Shown: piece by piece, positions 40,235 to 53,759 of the stretch
Layout of the letters: each line of letters starts with the position of its first letter
Position numbering within the stretch: the first letter of the stretch is position 1
Origin: Eledone cirrhosa
Lineage: Eukaryota
Direction of reading: 5' to 3'
DNA: 64,000 nucleotides
NCBI GenBank assembly: GCA_964016885.1
Contig: OZ024742.1
Location: 237,832,001-237,896,000, forward strand
Notes under the pieces: generated by a model
What the model was told of the DNA's origin: nothing
The model's database searches: none
Seen by the model: the letters and a program-made list of their open reading frames with translations, nothing else
Made by a program: the position numbers and the translations under genes

Positions 40235-40823
40235 TATTTAGCGAGAATCGCATTTCGGCGGGTAGAAATTAGCGAAACGCAACTTCCATATTGTGCAGAC
40301 AAGCGCTCCATGGATATGAAGAAGATACCAGAGCTATAAACATAAGTTAAGATGGTCATACACGCTGAGACGATGGTTAAGAAGCCATTAACCACCATAG
40401 CCCAAAACGCGAACAAGCTAAACGGGTCAAACAAAATGAGATATGATTGAAATATTTACCCGGACCCTCGGGGCAGATGGAATACTCCGAAATTGGGTTT
40501 CTGCAACACCTAAATCAATAATAATGTCTGCTTATAAAAAATAAGCTTTTGGTATAATGATCGAACAAGGTATCGCTTTCTCAACGGTTTTTTTTGTTCT
40601 TCTTTCGCCAGAATCTCGCAGGTTATGAAAGCACATGTGAGAATCCACGGGGAGAGAACCCCTATTTTGGCCAGTGAATTTAGCATGTGTAGTTATTGCA
40701 AAAATTTGCAAAAACCGCACAAAATGAATTAATCTCTCTACCGAGTTGTTTTTAAAATAAACTTAAGCGATTAATCAGTCAATAGAATTAACTAAAAAGC
40801 CAAAACAATTAACTTGTTAATCG

Positions 40824-40879
<56 letters not shown>

Positions 40880-40880
<1 letters not shown>

Positions 40881-41163
40881 ATGTATAATAAATAATACAA
40901 TATAATTACCTCATTACCAGAGGTTTCCCGAATAACACGAATACAAGAAACGTCCGCATTCGATCGTGAGACAAGGCAAATTAATTTGCCTTGTCTGACG
41001 AACGAATGCGGACGTTTCTTGTATTCGTCTGATTCGGGAAACTTCTGGTAATGAGGTAATTATATTGTATTGTTTATTATACATTAACTTTAGTTCTGTA
41101 ACTTACATAGAGCACTCTTCCCTCCTATGACCTTTTCAATTTTCAACGGAAACTTCAAATCTT
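40880..41163 (+). mobile_element. Loopless ~100-bp-arm hairpin plus tail in (TA)n, with intact HHR at 40989-41056
   Basis: Centre ggcaaattaatttgcc; ccttgt-CTGACGA-acgaatgc...gtattcgt...-GAAA-cttctgg-TA-atgagg. Confidence 0.87.
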
Positions 41164-41214
41164 ATATATATATATATATATAACTGTGATAATTTTGATT
41201 GGATTCGGCCAGTA

Positions 41215-43690
41215 TTAGCCAAGGCCATGTCTCACTCAATAGCAACACCTGGTGAAGTCTTTCAAATCAAGATTTGGACACCATGGCCCACTCAAGTAGA
41301 GTGTTATAACCGGGTGTCGGAGGTTTATCTGAGATTTCTTGGAAGAATTTATCCAAAGACCTTTTGAATTTTATAGGATCTGTCTTTGGTGTAATGTCTT
41401 TTGGTGTAATGTTAAAAAGAGTGGTACCGATTGAGGTGAAATAGTTGTGCTGTAATATTGTTATGAGATGCGAGTTTGATTTTTGTTGTAGGCGGGTAGA
41501 CAGGGCCCAAGCCGTAGGTGTATTTTAAAGATAAAGCCAACATCATTTGGAAAATGCTATGGAATATTTTCCACATCATCCAGATAATGTAGCACTCACG
41601 GCGGTGAAGGCCTGTCATGCCGTCTATCTATTTTGTGATTGGCATTTGTTGTGCTTCACTTTTCATAATACCTTGTTACGTGTGGGGAGACCACAGTGGT
41701 CAGCATTATTCAAGGTGGGGTCGGGAAAAAAGTAGAGAAGAGAAAGTTCTAAGAATCCATGAACACATTCTGCAGGCCATATTTATATGAGTGGCCCGGC
41801 TTATGTTATCGGAAAATAAGTCCAAGTCTCTGATGTTGTTGGATGCAGTAAGAGTTTCACCTGAAGGAAAGGAATATGAGATTTTCAGGTCATCCTCTTT
41901 TCGAAAGTGGATTAATTCGAATTCATCCTCGTTCAGCAACATTGGTTTTTTTCCGCCCATTGGATAACAGCAAGTAGATCTGATTTAAGGCATATCCGGT
42001 TACCCACTCCATTGATGACCTTCTGGTGCTTGGAATCGCCTGCAAAGATTCTTATGTTGCTGTGCGTGGTGACGTTAGTAATGCTATTGATATAGATATT
42101 GAAAAGAAGTGGACCAAACACAGTGCCTTGTGGAACGTCACTACTGACTTTGGCTGGACTACATTGTGCTCCTTCGACTACATCTCAGGAAACATTTGAT
42201 CCACTGCAGCAACTTTCCAGTGACACCAATGTTGGATAGTTTTTTCAGTAGAATGCTGTGATCAACCCTGTCAAGGCCTTGCTGAAATCAAAGTAGATGA
42301 CATCAGTGTTGGAGTCATCCCCCAAAGCTCTTGAAATATCATCAAAATGATTCAGTATCTGCATTAGGTAGTCCCTTCTATTACGGAACCCATTTATTTG
42401 GAGTTTAGCAGCTTGTTGCTCTCAAGAAAGTGAATTATTTGTACATACCTTAATGATATGAGAGGTGAGTGAGATCGGATGGTAATTCTCTGTAAAGTAC
42501 TTGTTTCCGCTTTTGAAAACTGCGACAATAGACTGGAACAGAAAGTTTTCAGGTATATAGCTAACATCCAATGAGTCCCTCCACAGATCAGCTAGAGGCG
42601 ATGAAAATTGGTGTCGATACACCTTGAGCACATGGAACCTATAGGGGCCTACTGCTGAATTGTGCTTAATTCCGTTTACTGTTGCTATGGCACCAGGGGC
42701 ACCAGACGTTATGTTCGATATAGTGCGTTGGGATTAATATCACCAATACAGCCTAGGTCAGCCATATCAGGATTGCTGAAAACAGCAGTATTTCTATTGC
42801 AGTATCTCATCCATGGTCTTAGCATTGTCTTGGGGAGTGCCATTTTCATCAATCATAGGGCCAACAGTGGAGTCAGTGACCTTGTGCTTTTCTGCAAATG
42901 AAAAGAACACTTTTGGATTGAGTTTGATTTTCTCATTGGCCCATTTCTCCTCAGCTGTTCTTTGATTATTGATGTTGGTCTTCATGCATTGTTGGATGTT
43001 ATATTTTATTGATTGGAACACTGCGATATCAGTCGAATGTGTGTGTTTCTGTTGGCAGTATTTTAGTTTGTTGATTTTTTGGTTTCTTCCTTTTAATTTT
43101 CCGATAATAGTTTTTTTGTTTGTTTTTTGTTTTTTTATTCTGCTCTTAGTCTTGTTCACAGATCTTGGTGGGGTGTATTATGCACATATGTTTGTGACAG
43201 TGTCTACAAATATCTGACAAGATGTTTTGATGTTGGTGGAGATATGTGCGTATGTGAAAGAGCAGTCTATATGTGATCGCTCGTTAGGAATTGCATCTCA
43301 GTTGGCATTATAAAGATCCATGTTATCAAATAGGTAGGCTAGAGAGAGATCATTGGTGAAATCTGATTACAGATAGCCATGTCATAATCTAAAAGAAGAA
43401 TTTTTTTCCACTGTAATATTATGTATAGTGTTAGTGTGGTTATTAAACACTAGGTCCAAAATGTTTTTCTGATATCTTGTTGGTGCAGAGATAAGTTGAG
43501 ACAAGGATAATTCATCCATAATGTCGAGAAGTGACTTTACTGCTGCTTTGTCAGCAGTTGTGGTCCAAGTGTCTGGTTTCTAACTGTTTGTAGAACACAG
43601 GGTAGATTAAAGTCTTCCATCATAAATATGTTATCAGAATGGCACTTTTGTATAAAGCACTTAATACTGTTGAGGCATTTTTAAAGCGCA
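41215..43690 (-). mobile_element. CR1-type LINE ORF2 (APE C-terminus plus RT), heavily decayed
   Basis: Minus-strand motifs EDFNLP, PTR...NILDLVF, NPKVFFSF, NYHPISLTSHIIKV, DFSKA..RVDH, VPQGTVFGPLLF, IFAGDSK and RPHLE; many frameshifts. Confidence 0.88.
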
Positions 43691-43693
43691 ATA

Positions 43694-44104
43694 TGTGGGG
43701 GTGTCTTTTAGAGCCTGTAGCAAGAGTTGCCTCCCTTGTTACGATCACATCACCAGTAGCGCTCACTAGACAGGAAGTAGCTGGAGTTACTTCCCGTTGT
43801 GGTTGCAGAGCCTTCTTTGTCACTTCCGTCCAGGGACCCTATAAAGGAGAGAGCTGAAAGCTGTCTCCCTCTCTTTTAACCTGCGCGCAACCTGAACATG
43901 GTAATGTAAATACCTCTTGGTCTCTTTCGCGCTGACTTCAAAAAAGGTAAACTACTAACTTTAATTCATCCTTTCATCTCTCTTGGCATGTCAACTATTC
44001 TGCTCTACATAACTCAACCTTGTTAAATAAATATTGTACATACAACCTAGTGTCTTGTTATATTCATACGACCCAGTATCCTGTTATAAGCCCAACTACT
44101 ATCA
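43694..44104 (+). mobile_element. Probable solo LTR (~410 bp)
   Basis: Starts TG and ends CA; TATAAA at ~43840; AATAAA at ~44026; the 4-bp flanks aata and aatc form an imperfect TSD. Confidence 0.55.
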
Positions 44105-45266
44105 AATCTGGGAAACAGTAATAACTAGGTAGGAAGAATTGGGCTGAAGGAGAAATTTATTGAGAGTTCATTCCTTAACATATGTTTCTGTACAATAACC
44201 GTCTGCATGCGCTGACTGCAAAATCCCTTGCTCAATCGTATGCATTACGTAATAAATTATTGCACTTCATCTGAAAGAGAAAAATTGTTGTAGTCTAACA
44301 AGTTGTTACTTTTTTGCAATACTACTGCTAAATACTCCGAGGTATAAACCACTGGCACATAGAGAACGGAAACAAAACAAAACGAAAAACATTTTTTTAA
44401 AGGGAAACCTTAATTTTTTTTTTTTTAATATACAAACGAAGGACACAGATCCATGGTCATCGGTTGTTGAGATGGACTTAGGCAGTTTCTACCCCCTACC
44501 AACGGTACTGCTGGTCTCAGAATAATACTGATAGCAAATTGATATATAAGTTCATCAAATTCATGTTCCTTTGTGGTCGATTGGATGGTTTACACGCCTT
44601 CTGATGAGAGACCAATTAGATCTTAAAATCGATTAAAGATGTTTATCATTTTATCCAATTTACAGGGAAATTCGTATTTTCTGGCATGTCTACGTATTAG
44701 ATATGTGTATATATTAATGTAGGTGCAATCTTGGTTACCCGCTTTGTACTGATGCAGATATAACTTCATCATACACTTCGGTTGTTAACGCACTTACTAT
44801 ATATCTTCATTAATTACCAACATGAGTGGTAATTATATACAAATTTGCACGTCCATTTCAGAATAATATTAAAAGTGAATGGGTATATACACTCATCAAA
44901 TACATATTTGCTAGTTTTATTTCATGCTATATACACCTTTTGACGGAGGGGGGGGGGGGGGGTCCAATTAGATATGAAAAATCGATTCGATTAAAGGTAT
45001 TTATAATTTTTTTCAATTTACAGAGAAAGACATATATTCTGGCCTGTTTCCATGCCTACATATTAGATGCAGGGATGTAATATTTATACACGGTGGTGCA
45101 GTCGCGTTTACACACACTGTATTTATACAGATATAATTTTATCATACACTTCGGCTAATAGCGTACTTCTTAATATAGTAGGTCCATTTCAAAATAATAC
45201 TAAGAGAAATACTTCTAAAAATATCTCCTTTTAGAAAACCTAAGTTAGTTAATCATTGGTCAGAAT

Positions 45267-45301
<35 letters not shown>

Positions 45302-45354
45302 TAAAAAATAAAAACAATAACAAAGAGTGCAGTACAAACAATGTTGATATTAGG

Positions 45355-45357
<3 letters not shown>

Positions 45358-45389
<32 letters not shown>

Positions 45390-45478
45390 CGAGAGAGTGA
45401 GTGAGTGAGTGAGTGAGTGAGTGAGTGAGTGAGTGAGTGAGTGAGTGAGTGAGTGAGTGAGTGAGTGAGTGAGTGAGT

Positions 45479-45554
<76 letters not shown>
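45358..45554. repeat. (GA)n-(GTGA)n-(GA)n compound microsatellite
   Basis: Directly visible. Confidence 0.97.
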
Positions 45555-45557
<3 letters not shown>

Positions 45558-46542
45558 AAAAGTATCAATGGAACATCAATCCTCTTTCGTCAAATAATTG
45601 TTTCGAATGAAATGTGACCTCGAATTATTCAAATGTTGATGGAAAATACATCTAAAATTGTCATCTATAGAATAGATATGACTATCCGATCACACTTCAC
45701 CCTCTTCAGAGAGAAAAAAGAAAGTCAATGATAAAGATTAAACACTGAAAATATTTGTTTAACTTTGGATATTTAAAAATATTTCTACATCATAAGGATC
45801 AAGAGAATATCGACTGAATTATAATTAATTGTTTTGTATGTGGGTGGGGGGTTGTTATATTCACGAATATCGTGTGTTGCCATTTTGTCTTTAAAAATAT
45901 AAACAGCAGAACAAAGGTGTAAGGGAGATAATGTATGGAAATTTAACTCCAGAAATCTTTTTCCCAAGTTTAAACAAACTAGTTTCAGATGGGAAGGTAT
46001 CCTCCTCCCTAAGTCACGGGGAGGCTATTAGATACAACCAGAAGTGGACATACAGTAGTCGTGTTTGTATCAATGCTTCCATAAAAATCTTTCACATTCT
46101 CATTTGCTCAAGTATATTCACGGACTCGTATACCTATAATGTGTGGACAAACATATATATGTGCTAAGATATAAAAACACTAGTATTCCCGAATGTACAA
46201 ACTATAACACATTTATTTATGTATGCCTAGGGGCACAGATATCTATTTCGTGTTAAATGTCTATAATTGCATATTTCTGATTATTCCTAGGATTAGACTA
46301 ACTAGATCAGAATAAAATCATATTTGTCTCCATAAATCACAATTAATCAACAGGAACACAACCAGAAATAGACATAGTCTTGTTTTTAAATATTAATATT
46401 CTGAGTAGTTCTTTCATACTCCTCCTGTTCGCTGAACTATTATCGTAGACTCATATATGTATATTGTGTGGAATATATATATATAAGGCTCTGATACCAT
46501 CAACACTGTAAACACAGAGCTGGCATATCTAAGAACTGACTA

Positions 46543-46598
46543 ACTGCCTGATGAGGTCATAGCCATTCAATGGCTATCATCCAAATATATATAGCAGT
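46543..46598 (+). ncRNA. Type I hammerhead ribozyme, G12 mutated
   Basis: actgc-CTGATGA-ggtc-atagccatt(c)aatggctat-catc-CAAA-tatata-TA-gcagt; followed by AATAAA and (TA)n. Confidence 0.75.
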
Positions 46599-46641
46599 AA
46601 ATAAAGGATTATGAGTTCATGCAATTGACTTATGTTTCGTC

Positions 46642-46686
<45 letters not shown>

Positions 46687-47292
46687 TGAAATATAAATAC
46701 ACTATTGCTCATGAACCTACAAACTATATAGATGCATATGCTCAGATAAACTATACAAGTGTTCCTGAATCTATAACCTATAACATATTCATTTTAACAT
46801 ATTCATTTCCTAGGGTCACATATAAACATTTATTGTTAAATTCCTCTACGTGTATATTTATAAGTATGAATATTAGTATGTGTATATATAGATATCCATA
46901 TAAGTATACAGAATGCATATGTAAATACTCATATAGGTATACATGTGTGTGCATATCTATATACACACACGCACGCACACATGACATGCACACGCATACA
47001 CACAAACGTGAATGCATATATATCATTATACTCACACGCACATATAGAGAGAAACATATACACAGATGCACATATATAAATATATGTGAGTGTGCATGCA
47101 TATCTCTATATATGTTAAGCTTCAGATTTAAGGTATACAGACAGCGTTAAGAACAGAAAACAAAGGAGTAAGAAATTGGGGATACAAGGGGGATGCTTAA
47201 GAAATATACGTAGGATCATATATTATATTAGTCTCTATATTATATTAGTCTCTTCGGTTGTAAGATATAAAAGTGTTGTAATTATATCACTA

Positions 47293-47478
47293 AGGGTGGT
47301 GGATTGGCAGTATCGGTAGAGGGTCGGACGCCATGCTTTCCAGCATAGTTACGTCCCTTTACGGTCTGAGTTCAAATCCCGCCGAGGTTTACTTTGCCTT
47401 TCATCTTTACGGGGTCGATAAAATAAAGTACCAGTAATGCACTGGGTAATTGCTGGCCTTGTGCCTAAAGTAGAAACA
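47293..47478 (+). mobile_element. OK/Nin-type SINE, full length, short subfamily
   Basis: Very similar to the copies at 2566, 24918 and 52765. Confidence 0.9.
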
Positions 47479-48034
47479 ATTATATTAGTCTCTATATATA
47501 TTATGATAAACTCCAGATTTAAGATAAACAGCCAATGTTAAGAAACAGAAAATAAATGAGTAAGAAAAGGGAAATACAAAAGGGGTGGTTGGGTAATCAA
47601 GGATACCTAAGTAGGATCATATATTCTCTTGAAGAAGGAAGACGAAAGATGATGAGGACAATTTATAACTAACTCATTGCTAGCATTAATAGGGTTAAGG
47701 ATCGAGATTTTGATATAATACGCCTCCAATAAACATAAAAGGCATGATTTTTATTTCCATTGTATGGGTAGATCTATCAAGAATTTCCAACTGCATTTTA
47801 TAGGTGGTCTTAGACTCGACGAGGTTAGTTATATATTGTGCTTTTTTTAAACGAATACAAGTGAGTATTGAATCTGGCCTTAAATTGATTAGCTGTGGCA
47901 CCGTTATATGAACTACTACTAAGCTGAGAAGTAAATGTTTGAAATTTGATTTCTAAAAGTGTTGTAAGTATATCACTAATCTTCTTTTATTTTCATGTTA
48001 AAACATCAGACTATGTAAACATATTGAACTTTGT

Positions 48035-48811
48035 TTGAAAATGTTATCCAATAGAGAAAGGATACTCAAACTTCATCGCGCAGGGAAGTCAGATTCGGAT
48101 ATTGCAAAGATACTTTCGGTTGCAAGATCTGTTTGGAAAGCTGTGAAGCGTTTTAAAAGGCAAGATTTGTCGGATAGATCCAAAATTGGACTAAACGGAC
48201 TCCTACTCTCATTAATGCCGTTTGAGAAAGGATATCCGAAACAGTCCATGAGAAAAATAGCAAAAGAGGTCCGAGTAAGCCCTAGGGCAATAAGAAGGAT
48301 CATCAATGATGACTTGGCATGTCTTCCTTCACCCTTCAGAAGAATCAAACGCTTTTTTGAAAAGACAAAACCAAAAAGGCTAGAGATAAGCAAGAATTTG
48401 CTTAAAGAAATGAAACATGGCATGGCAGATGAAATTGTCTGGTCAGATGAAAAGATTTTCACAGTTGAGCAGGGTCACAGCCGAAGGACTGATCGAGTAA
48501 TTGGACAAAAAGCATCAACAATCAGTGTTGACCTTCCAACAGGATGGATCTACCTCCGATACAACAAATGTCACACAACCATCTTCTAAGGTTCTGGTAA
48601 AAATAAATGTGGCCTCTTTGTTCACCTGATTCGAACCATATGGACGTTTCAGTACGGTCTATCCTTGAAGACAAAGCCTGTTCAAAATAGTATAAGACAG
48701 TCAATGATTTAAAGGCACCTTTACTAAGTGCTTGGAAAGAAATTCCCCAAGAAATTTTGCGTACTTCGGTGAAAGATGTTATTTGCTTCCAAACTTATGT
48801 CCCACCCTATA
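48035..48811 (+). mobile_element. Tc1/mariner superfamily (maT/DD37D-like) transposase relic with right TIR
   Basis: Two HTH-like blocks (SDIAKILSV, SMRKIAKEV), IVWSDEKIFTVE, WPLCSPDSNHMD and AWKEIP. The middle of the catalytic domain is deleted. The end aacttatgtcccaccctata is TIR-like. Confidence 0.8.
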
Positions 48812-48819
48812 TAGTACTA

Positions 48820-49380
48820 GGTTTTTACTGTACATTCATATACTACATTGCCAGTAAGGCATAAACCGCCAAGATGACATTCATTAGGGTTCCTACAGTT
48901 ACATTTCATATTAGATAAAGCGGTGGTATCAACTGGAGAATTTAATGTGTTAACGCTAGTATCCATAGACATGATCAGCGTGCTTGTATTCGAAGTACCA
49001 AATATGTTGGTACTAGGTATTAGGTGGATTGCGTTGTAAAGGATCATTGATGTCATTGGATGATCTATGCTTGTATCATTTATTTTGGTTGCTGAAAGCA
49101 ATATAATCAGCTAAGTTAGGAATGATTGAAAAGGATAACTTAACAGTATTCTTATTGATTAATTTATGTTATTTGTGATCCGGTGGAAAATGTCATTCTA
49201 GGATATTAAAAAACATTTTGCTATATTTAGGCAATAAGGTGGGTTGAACCAGGGATTTTTCGTTTGCATGTGCTAGTTTTGTTAATTAAGTCTACCATTT
49301 TAGCTATTCCGAGAAATTTGTGTTAGGTGGTTGCTTATAGTATTAAGGCCGCTCTTATCCATATTGCAATTAAAAGATGT
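48820..49380 (-). mobile_element. Penelope-like element fragment (linker plus start of GIY-YIG)
   Basis: WFNPPY, NKNTVKLSFS and CNCRNPNECHLGGLCLTGNVVYECTV. Confidence 0.82.
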
Positions 49381-49386
49381 TACTGA

Positions 49387-49446
<60 letters not shown>

Positions 49447-49499
49447 ATACATCTGTACCTATATATAAATATATATATATTATATATATATATATATAA

Positions 49500-49895
49500 A
49501 CAATGAGTTATATTGTTTGTTGATTATTATTCAACAGAATTACTCTTATAACAGATTTGAAGCACTCTACCGGTTTTTCTGGAGTATTATTAATATTAAC
49601 AATATTAATAAATGGAAAATATCTTTATAATACCATATTTATTTTATTATACGTATTTCAAGGACACAACATTTTAGTGTCTTTTCATCAGATAAAATAT
49701 AATATTTGGTGTTAAAATATTGATATATATTGATATATATTGATTTTTTACCTCACTGCTGATAACGAGCTTATACTACTAAGTTTGCGCTAAGGTATGT
49801 CAATATCTTAACACCAAATATTATATTTTATCTGATGAAAGCACACTAAAATTTTCTGTCCTTGAAATAGTATAATAAAATAAATATGGTATTAT
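49500..49895. mobile_element. Fold-back unit with two opposed HHRs (49640-49699 minus, 49824-49882 plus)
   Basis: Minus: tattttat-CTGATGA-aaagacac...gtgtcctt-GAAA-tacgta-TA-ataaaata. Arms at 49628-49725 and 49800-49894. Confidence 0.85.
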
Positions 49896-49910
49896 GTATA
49901 TATGCATAAT

Positions 49911-50011
49911 ACCGCCGAGGTTAACTTTGCCTTTCATCCTTACGGGGTCGATAAAATAAAGTACCAGTAATGTACTGGGTATTTGCTGGCCTTGTGCCAA
50001 TAGTAGAAACA
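49911..50011 (+). mobile_element. OK/Nin-type SINE, 5'-truncated, with TSD
   Basis: TSD attatgtatatatgcata at 49891 and 50012. Confidence 0.88.
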
Positions 50012-50314
50012 ATTATGTATATATGCATACACACTCCAACATCAGTCTAATAATTATTGCCTGTACAGGTAATCAAAATTGTGTATACATATTTTATACA
50101 TATTTTTGGGACACCCTGTGTATATAAATATAATATATATATATATATATATATCGGTACGTCCATTTCAGAATAATACTAAGAGAAATACGTCTAGTGA
50201 TATTTCATATGAGAAAACTTAAGTTAACTATTCGTCAGACGCTCTCGTCATTCACACCATCGTCGTCTTAAGAGTTGACACCCCTCGTTGATATTGATAT
50301 CTCTATAGTTCATG

Positions 50315-50508
50315 CTTCTAACGTAGGCACAAGACCAACAATTTGGAAAAAGGGAAAAGTCAATTAAATTGACCCCAGTATTTGACTGATACTTTATTTT
50401 ATCGACCCGGAAGAGGAAAGGCAAAGTTGAATTCAGAACGTAATGTGTCAGACGAAATACCACAAAGCATTTTGTCCAACGCTTTAACGATTCTGCAATC
50501 CCACCACT
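50315..50508 (-). mobile_element. Older OK/Nin-type SINE; further fragments at 5720-5860, 9445-9610 and 51850-51960
   Basis: Diverged reverse complement of the SINE core and head. Confidence 0.75.
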
Positions 50509-52394
50509 TTTATCTAATTACGACAACAGTTTAAATTTCACTAATTAATATTTCAAAAGTGTTTTTCTATTTCTCCTAGCCAATAATGTAAATATATGAA
50601 TGTAATTGTAGCGTCTCTTTATTACGTCAGCTGTGGTGGTGACTATACAATAAATATTTCAGACTTTATAATCATCACTACGTTGTTTAAAAATATAATC
50701 AACTTGTCAGCCATGATCAATTATCAAACAATAGATTTAGAATGTTTAAATACAATGGAATAGAATAATATATATTATATATAAGCTGTTGTATGTGTCG
50801 TGTAAAACGTCAGCCAGGCTAAAACGTTGATGCATGAGAGAAAGGAAGTCTTTATGAAAAAGTGATCGTAAGAATGTGTGTGTTTGTGTGTGTAAGAGAG
50901 ATAGGGGGGGGGGGTAATGGGGACGCTAACAGCAACGTCGAAAGTTCTTTTGAAATCCTGGACGATTATATTATTTGTGCCTATATATATAAATTATAAG
51001 TAAAACATTTAGAGTATCATATTCAGTGTGTGTTTTTCAAATTAAACCGTACAATTTATACAGGGTCAGTTAGTATCATTTATATTTCCAATAGGAGAGC
51101 TGTCACAGATGCTTGCAACAGAGTTGATTTCTCCAAATGCACCCAAAGCCAGATAGTGGTGTTAAACAAGGAGACAGGTTAAGTCTACCACCAAAGTAAG
51201 CCACAACGAAATTTCATCTCAGAACGCAAGAGCCGAAACAAATATTACAATTTATCTCAGACGTCATATTGGCATACTTCCGAGGTCGATAAAGTACTCG
51301 CCGTGTACTAGATCATTCTTCAGTATCTCTTTGTCACTTATCACACTCCTCTCTCTCTCTCTCTCTCTCTGCGTCTCAATTTCTCTGGATGAAATTGATT
51401 CTGTCCAAACTAGGAGACAGATTGTCTCCACCCCACGTTTAAATTCTCAAAACACACTGAACATTATTACGGCCCTTTAGCACTCAATAAATTATTAAGG
51501 ACTTCTGCGTGGTTTCTGAATTTCTACTGAGATTGACTTAACGATTCATTCTTCCGGTGTTCAATAAAATAAATGCCAATATAATTGTGGAAGTCGATTT
51601 AATCGATTGTGGTCTTGTTAGAAATCAATATTGCTTCTGTGTAATATTTTTCTCTCTTTGGCATGAAATTGTATGTATGTATGAAACCATAACTTCCGGT
51701 GGAATCATTGGAGTACCGTAGAAACACACTGCGTTTGGGGCATTTTAAACCTGGCAGAGCCAATCCCTCTCAAAGTGTGCATACATCGGATTTCTTGCAA
51801 AAAATAAGAGAAAGTGGGAGAGAAAAAAATTAAAAAATGATTTAGAGGACTGGTATTTTATCGAACTCGAAAGGATAAAAGGAAAAGTTGACCTAAGCGG
51901 GATTTGAATCCAAAGTGCAGAAAGCCGGAGCAGATACTGCAAGGCATCGAAGGTTCTATCTCCCATAATTTCACTTTAGTCAATATACTTTACTTTCAAA
52001 CTAACAATTACTTATGTCAGTGTTCCGTTGATTTCAGAATATTTTATCATAATTTGTTTCATCATATTACATGACTAGTCATTCTGTTACATATTTGAAA
52101 TTTATAGAGCTAAGTGAATTTATAACCTCGAATAGATAGCAATATATATAAATGAATTTCATCGTGTCTTATGCTATATTATCCTATGTGTCAACGTGTA
52201 ATGAATGAGTTGAGTGAGCTATGGCTGCTATTTTGAGCAGATCGAATAACCACGTAGTGTCGATTGCATCGAACATATTTTGTATTTAGAAACAAAAGAT
52301 CTGTAAACTTTATTTTATATTTACCATTTAGTTCTTGGTGTCAAAACATTCGTCGCACTGCACAAATAAATAATTTAATCAAAAGGTCATGTAT

Positions 52395-52732
52395 TTGGGG
52401 GAGGAGAAGCGATTAAATCAACCCAGTAATTGATTGGCACTTTACGAGAATGGTGATCTTGGTGTAATATAATGTTGCTAAGAATTTTGTCTAATACGCT
52501 AACGTTTCCGCCCATCTACCGATGGCTCAGGTCCAACAGTTTTGGCAGAGGGGATGTCGATTAGCTCGACTCCGCTGCATTACTGGTACTTTATTTCAAT
52601 GAACCCATATGAAAGGCAAAGCTAATCTCGGTGGGATTTGAACTCAGAATGTTAAGGGACGTAACTATATGTTATAAATCATGTTGCCCGACGCTTTAAC
52701 GACACTGCCAAATCAACCACCTTCCACCGACC

Positions 52733-52766
<34 letters not shown>

Positions 52767-52947
52767 TGTTTCTACTTTAGGCACAAGGCCAGCAATTACC
52801 CAGTGCGTTACTGGTACTTTATTTCATCGACCCCGTAAGGATGAAAGGCAAAGTCAACCTCGGCGGGATTTGAACTCAGATCGTAAAGGGACGTAACTAT
52901 GCTGGAAAGCATAACGTCCGACCCTCTACCGATACTGCCAATCCGCA
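52395..52947 (-). mobile_element. Cluster of three OK/Nin-type SINEs
   Basis: Copies at ~52395-52520, 52545-52725 and 52765-52947; the last is flanked by (aat)n. Confidence 0.85.
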
Positions 52948-53759
52948 ATAATAATAATAATAATAATAATGTTGCTAATGTTAACAGAATGCATTATGAT
53001 TGTTTCTTATAGGAATAATTGATTGAAAAGACATTCACTTCTTAATCAGTTTCTCCCTCACCCCACACTACACTGCAGTTGGAAGACTCTTGTAATCTAA
53101 TTCGGGGAATGTTCCAAAGAAATGTTGTATTGCTATTCAATGAATGTAATTAATGACCTTAGACTGTTCAATAATATCATCTGTTACAGCGGAGATATTC
53201 TGCTATTCTACTCACAACCAAATTCTTGATACATCAGCTATTCACTTCGGATTCCTTTATAATTCCATCATATATTTTCTCCCCACGCATTACCATTATA
53301 ATTGCCATAATCATTACCATTATAATCCATGTTTATTAAGCAGCAATTACTTCCAGTAATCAATTGAAGATTTTCATTCATAAAATTTTAAATCATACTG
53401 GATTATCAATTCTTTCAATATAATCCGTAAATAAAGAAATTTGAGGAGATATTTCAATTACCCTCCCATGATCACGATACATTTCACATTATAATGAACT
53501 CAACTAATATAAATATTTTATAAATGTATGAGCTAAGATGGGAACCTGCACGTAGTAGATTGACATGTTAAAAATGAATCCTTAAAGCACACCTTACCTT
53601 CTTTCCACACAAAAAAGAATCTTATTGAATTAGAAGCAAGGATATATATATATATATATATAAATACTTAGGTTAATAGGAGTTAGGTATTGTATACCCG
53701 TGTCCCATTAAGGTAGTGGCAGCATAATAATTAGCTCTATGCTTTGGAGCAGAGCCGTA

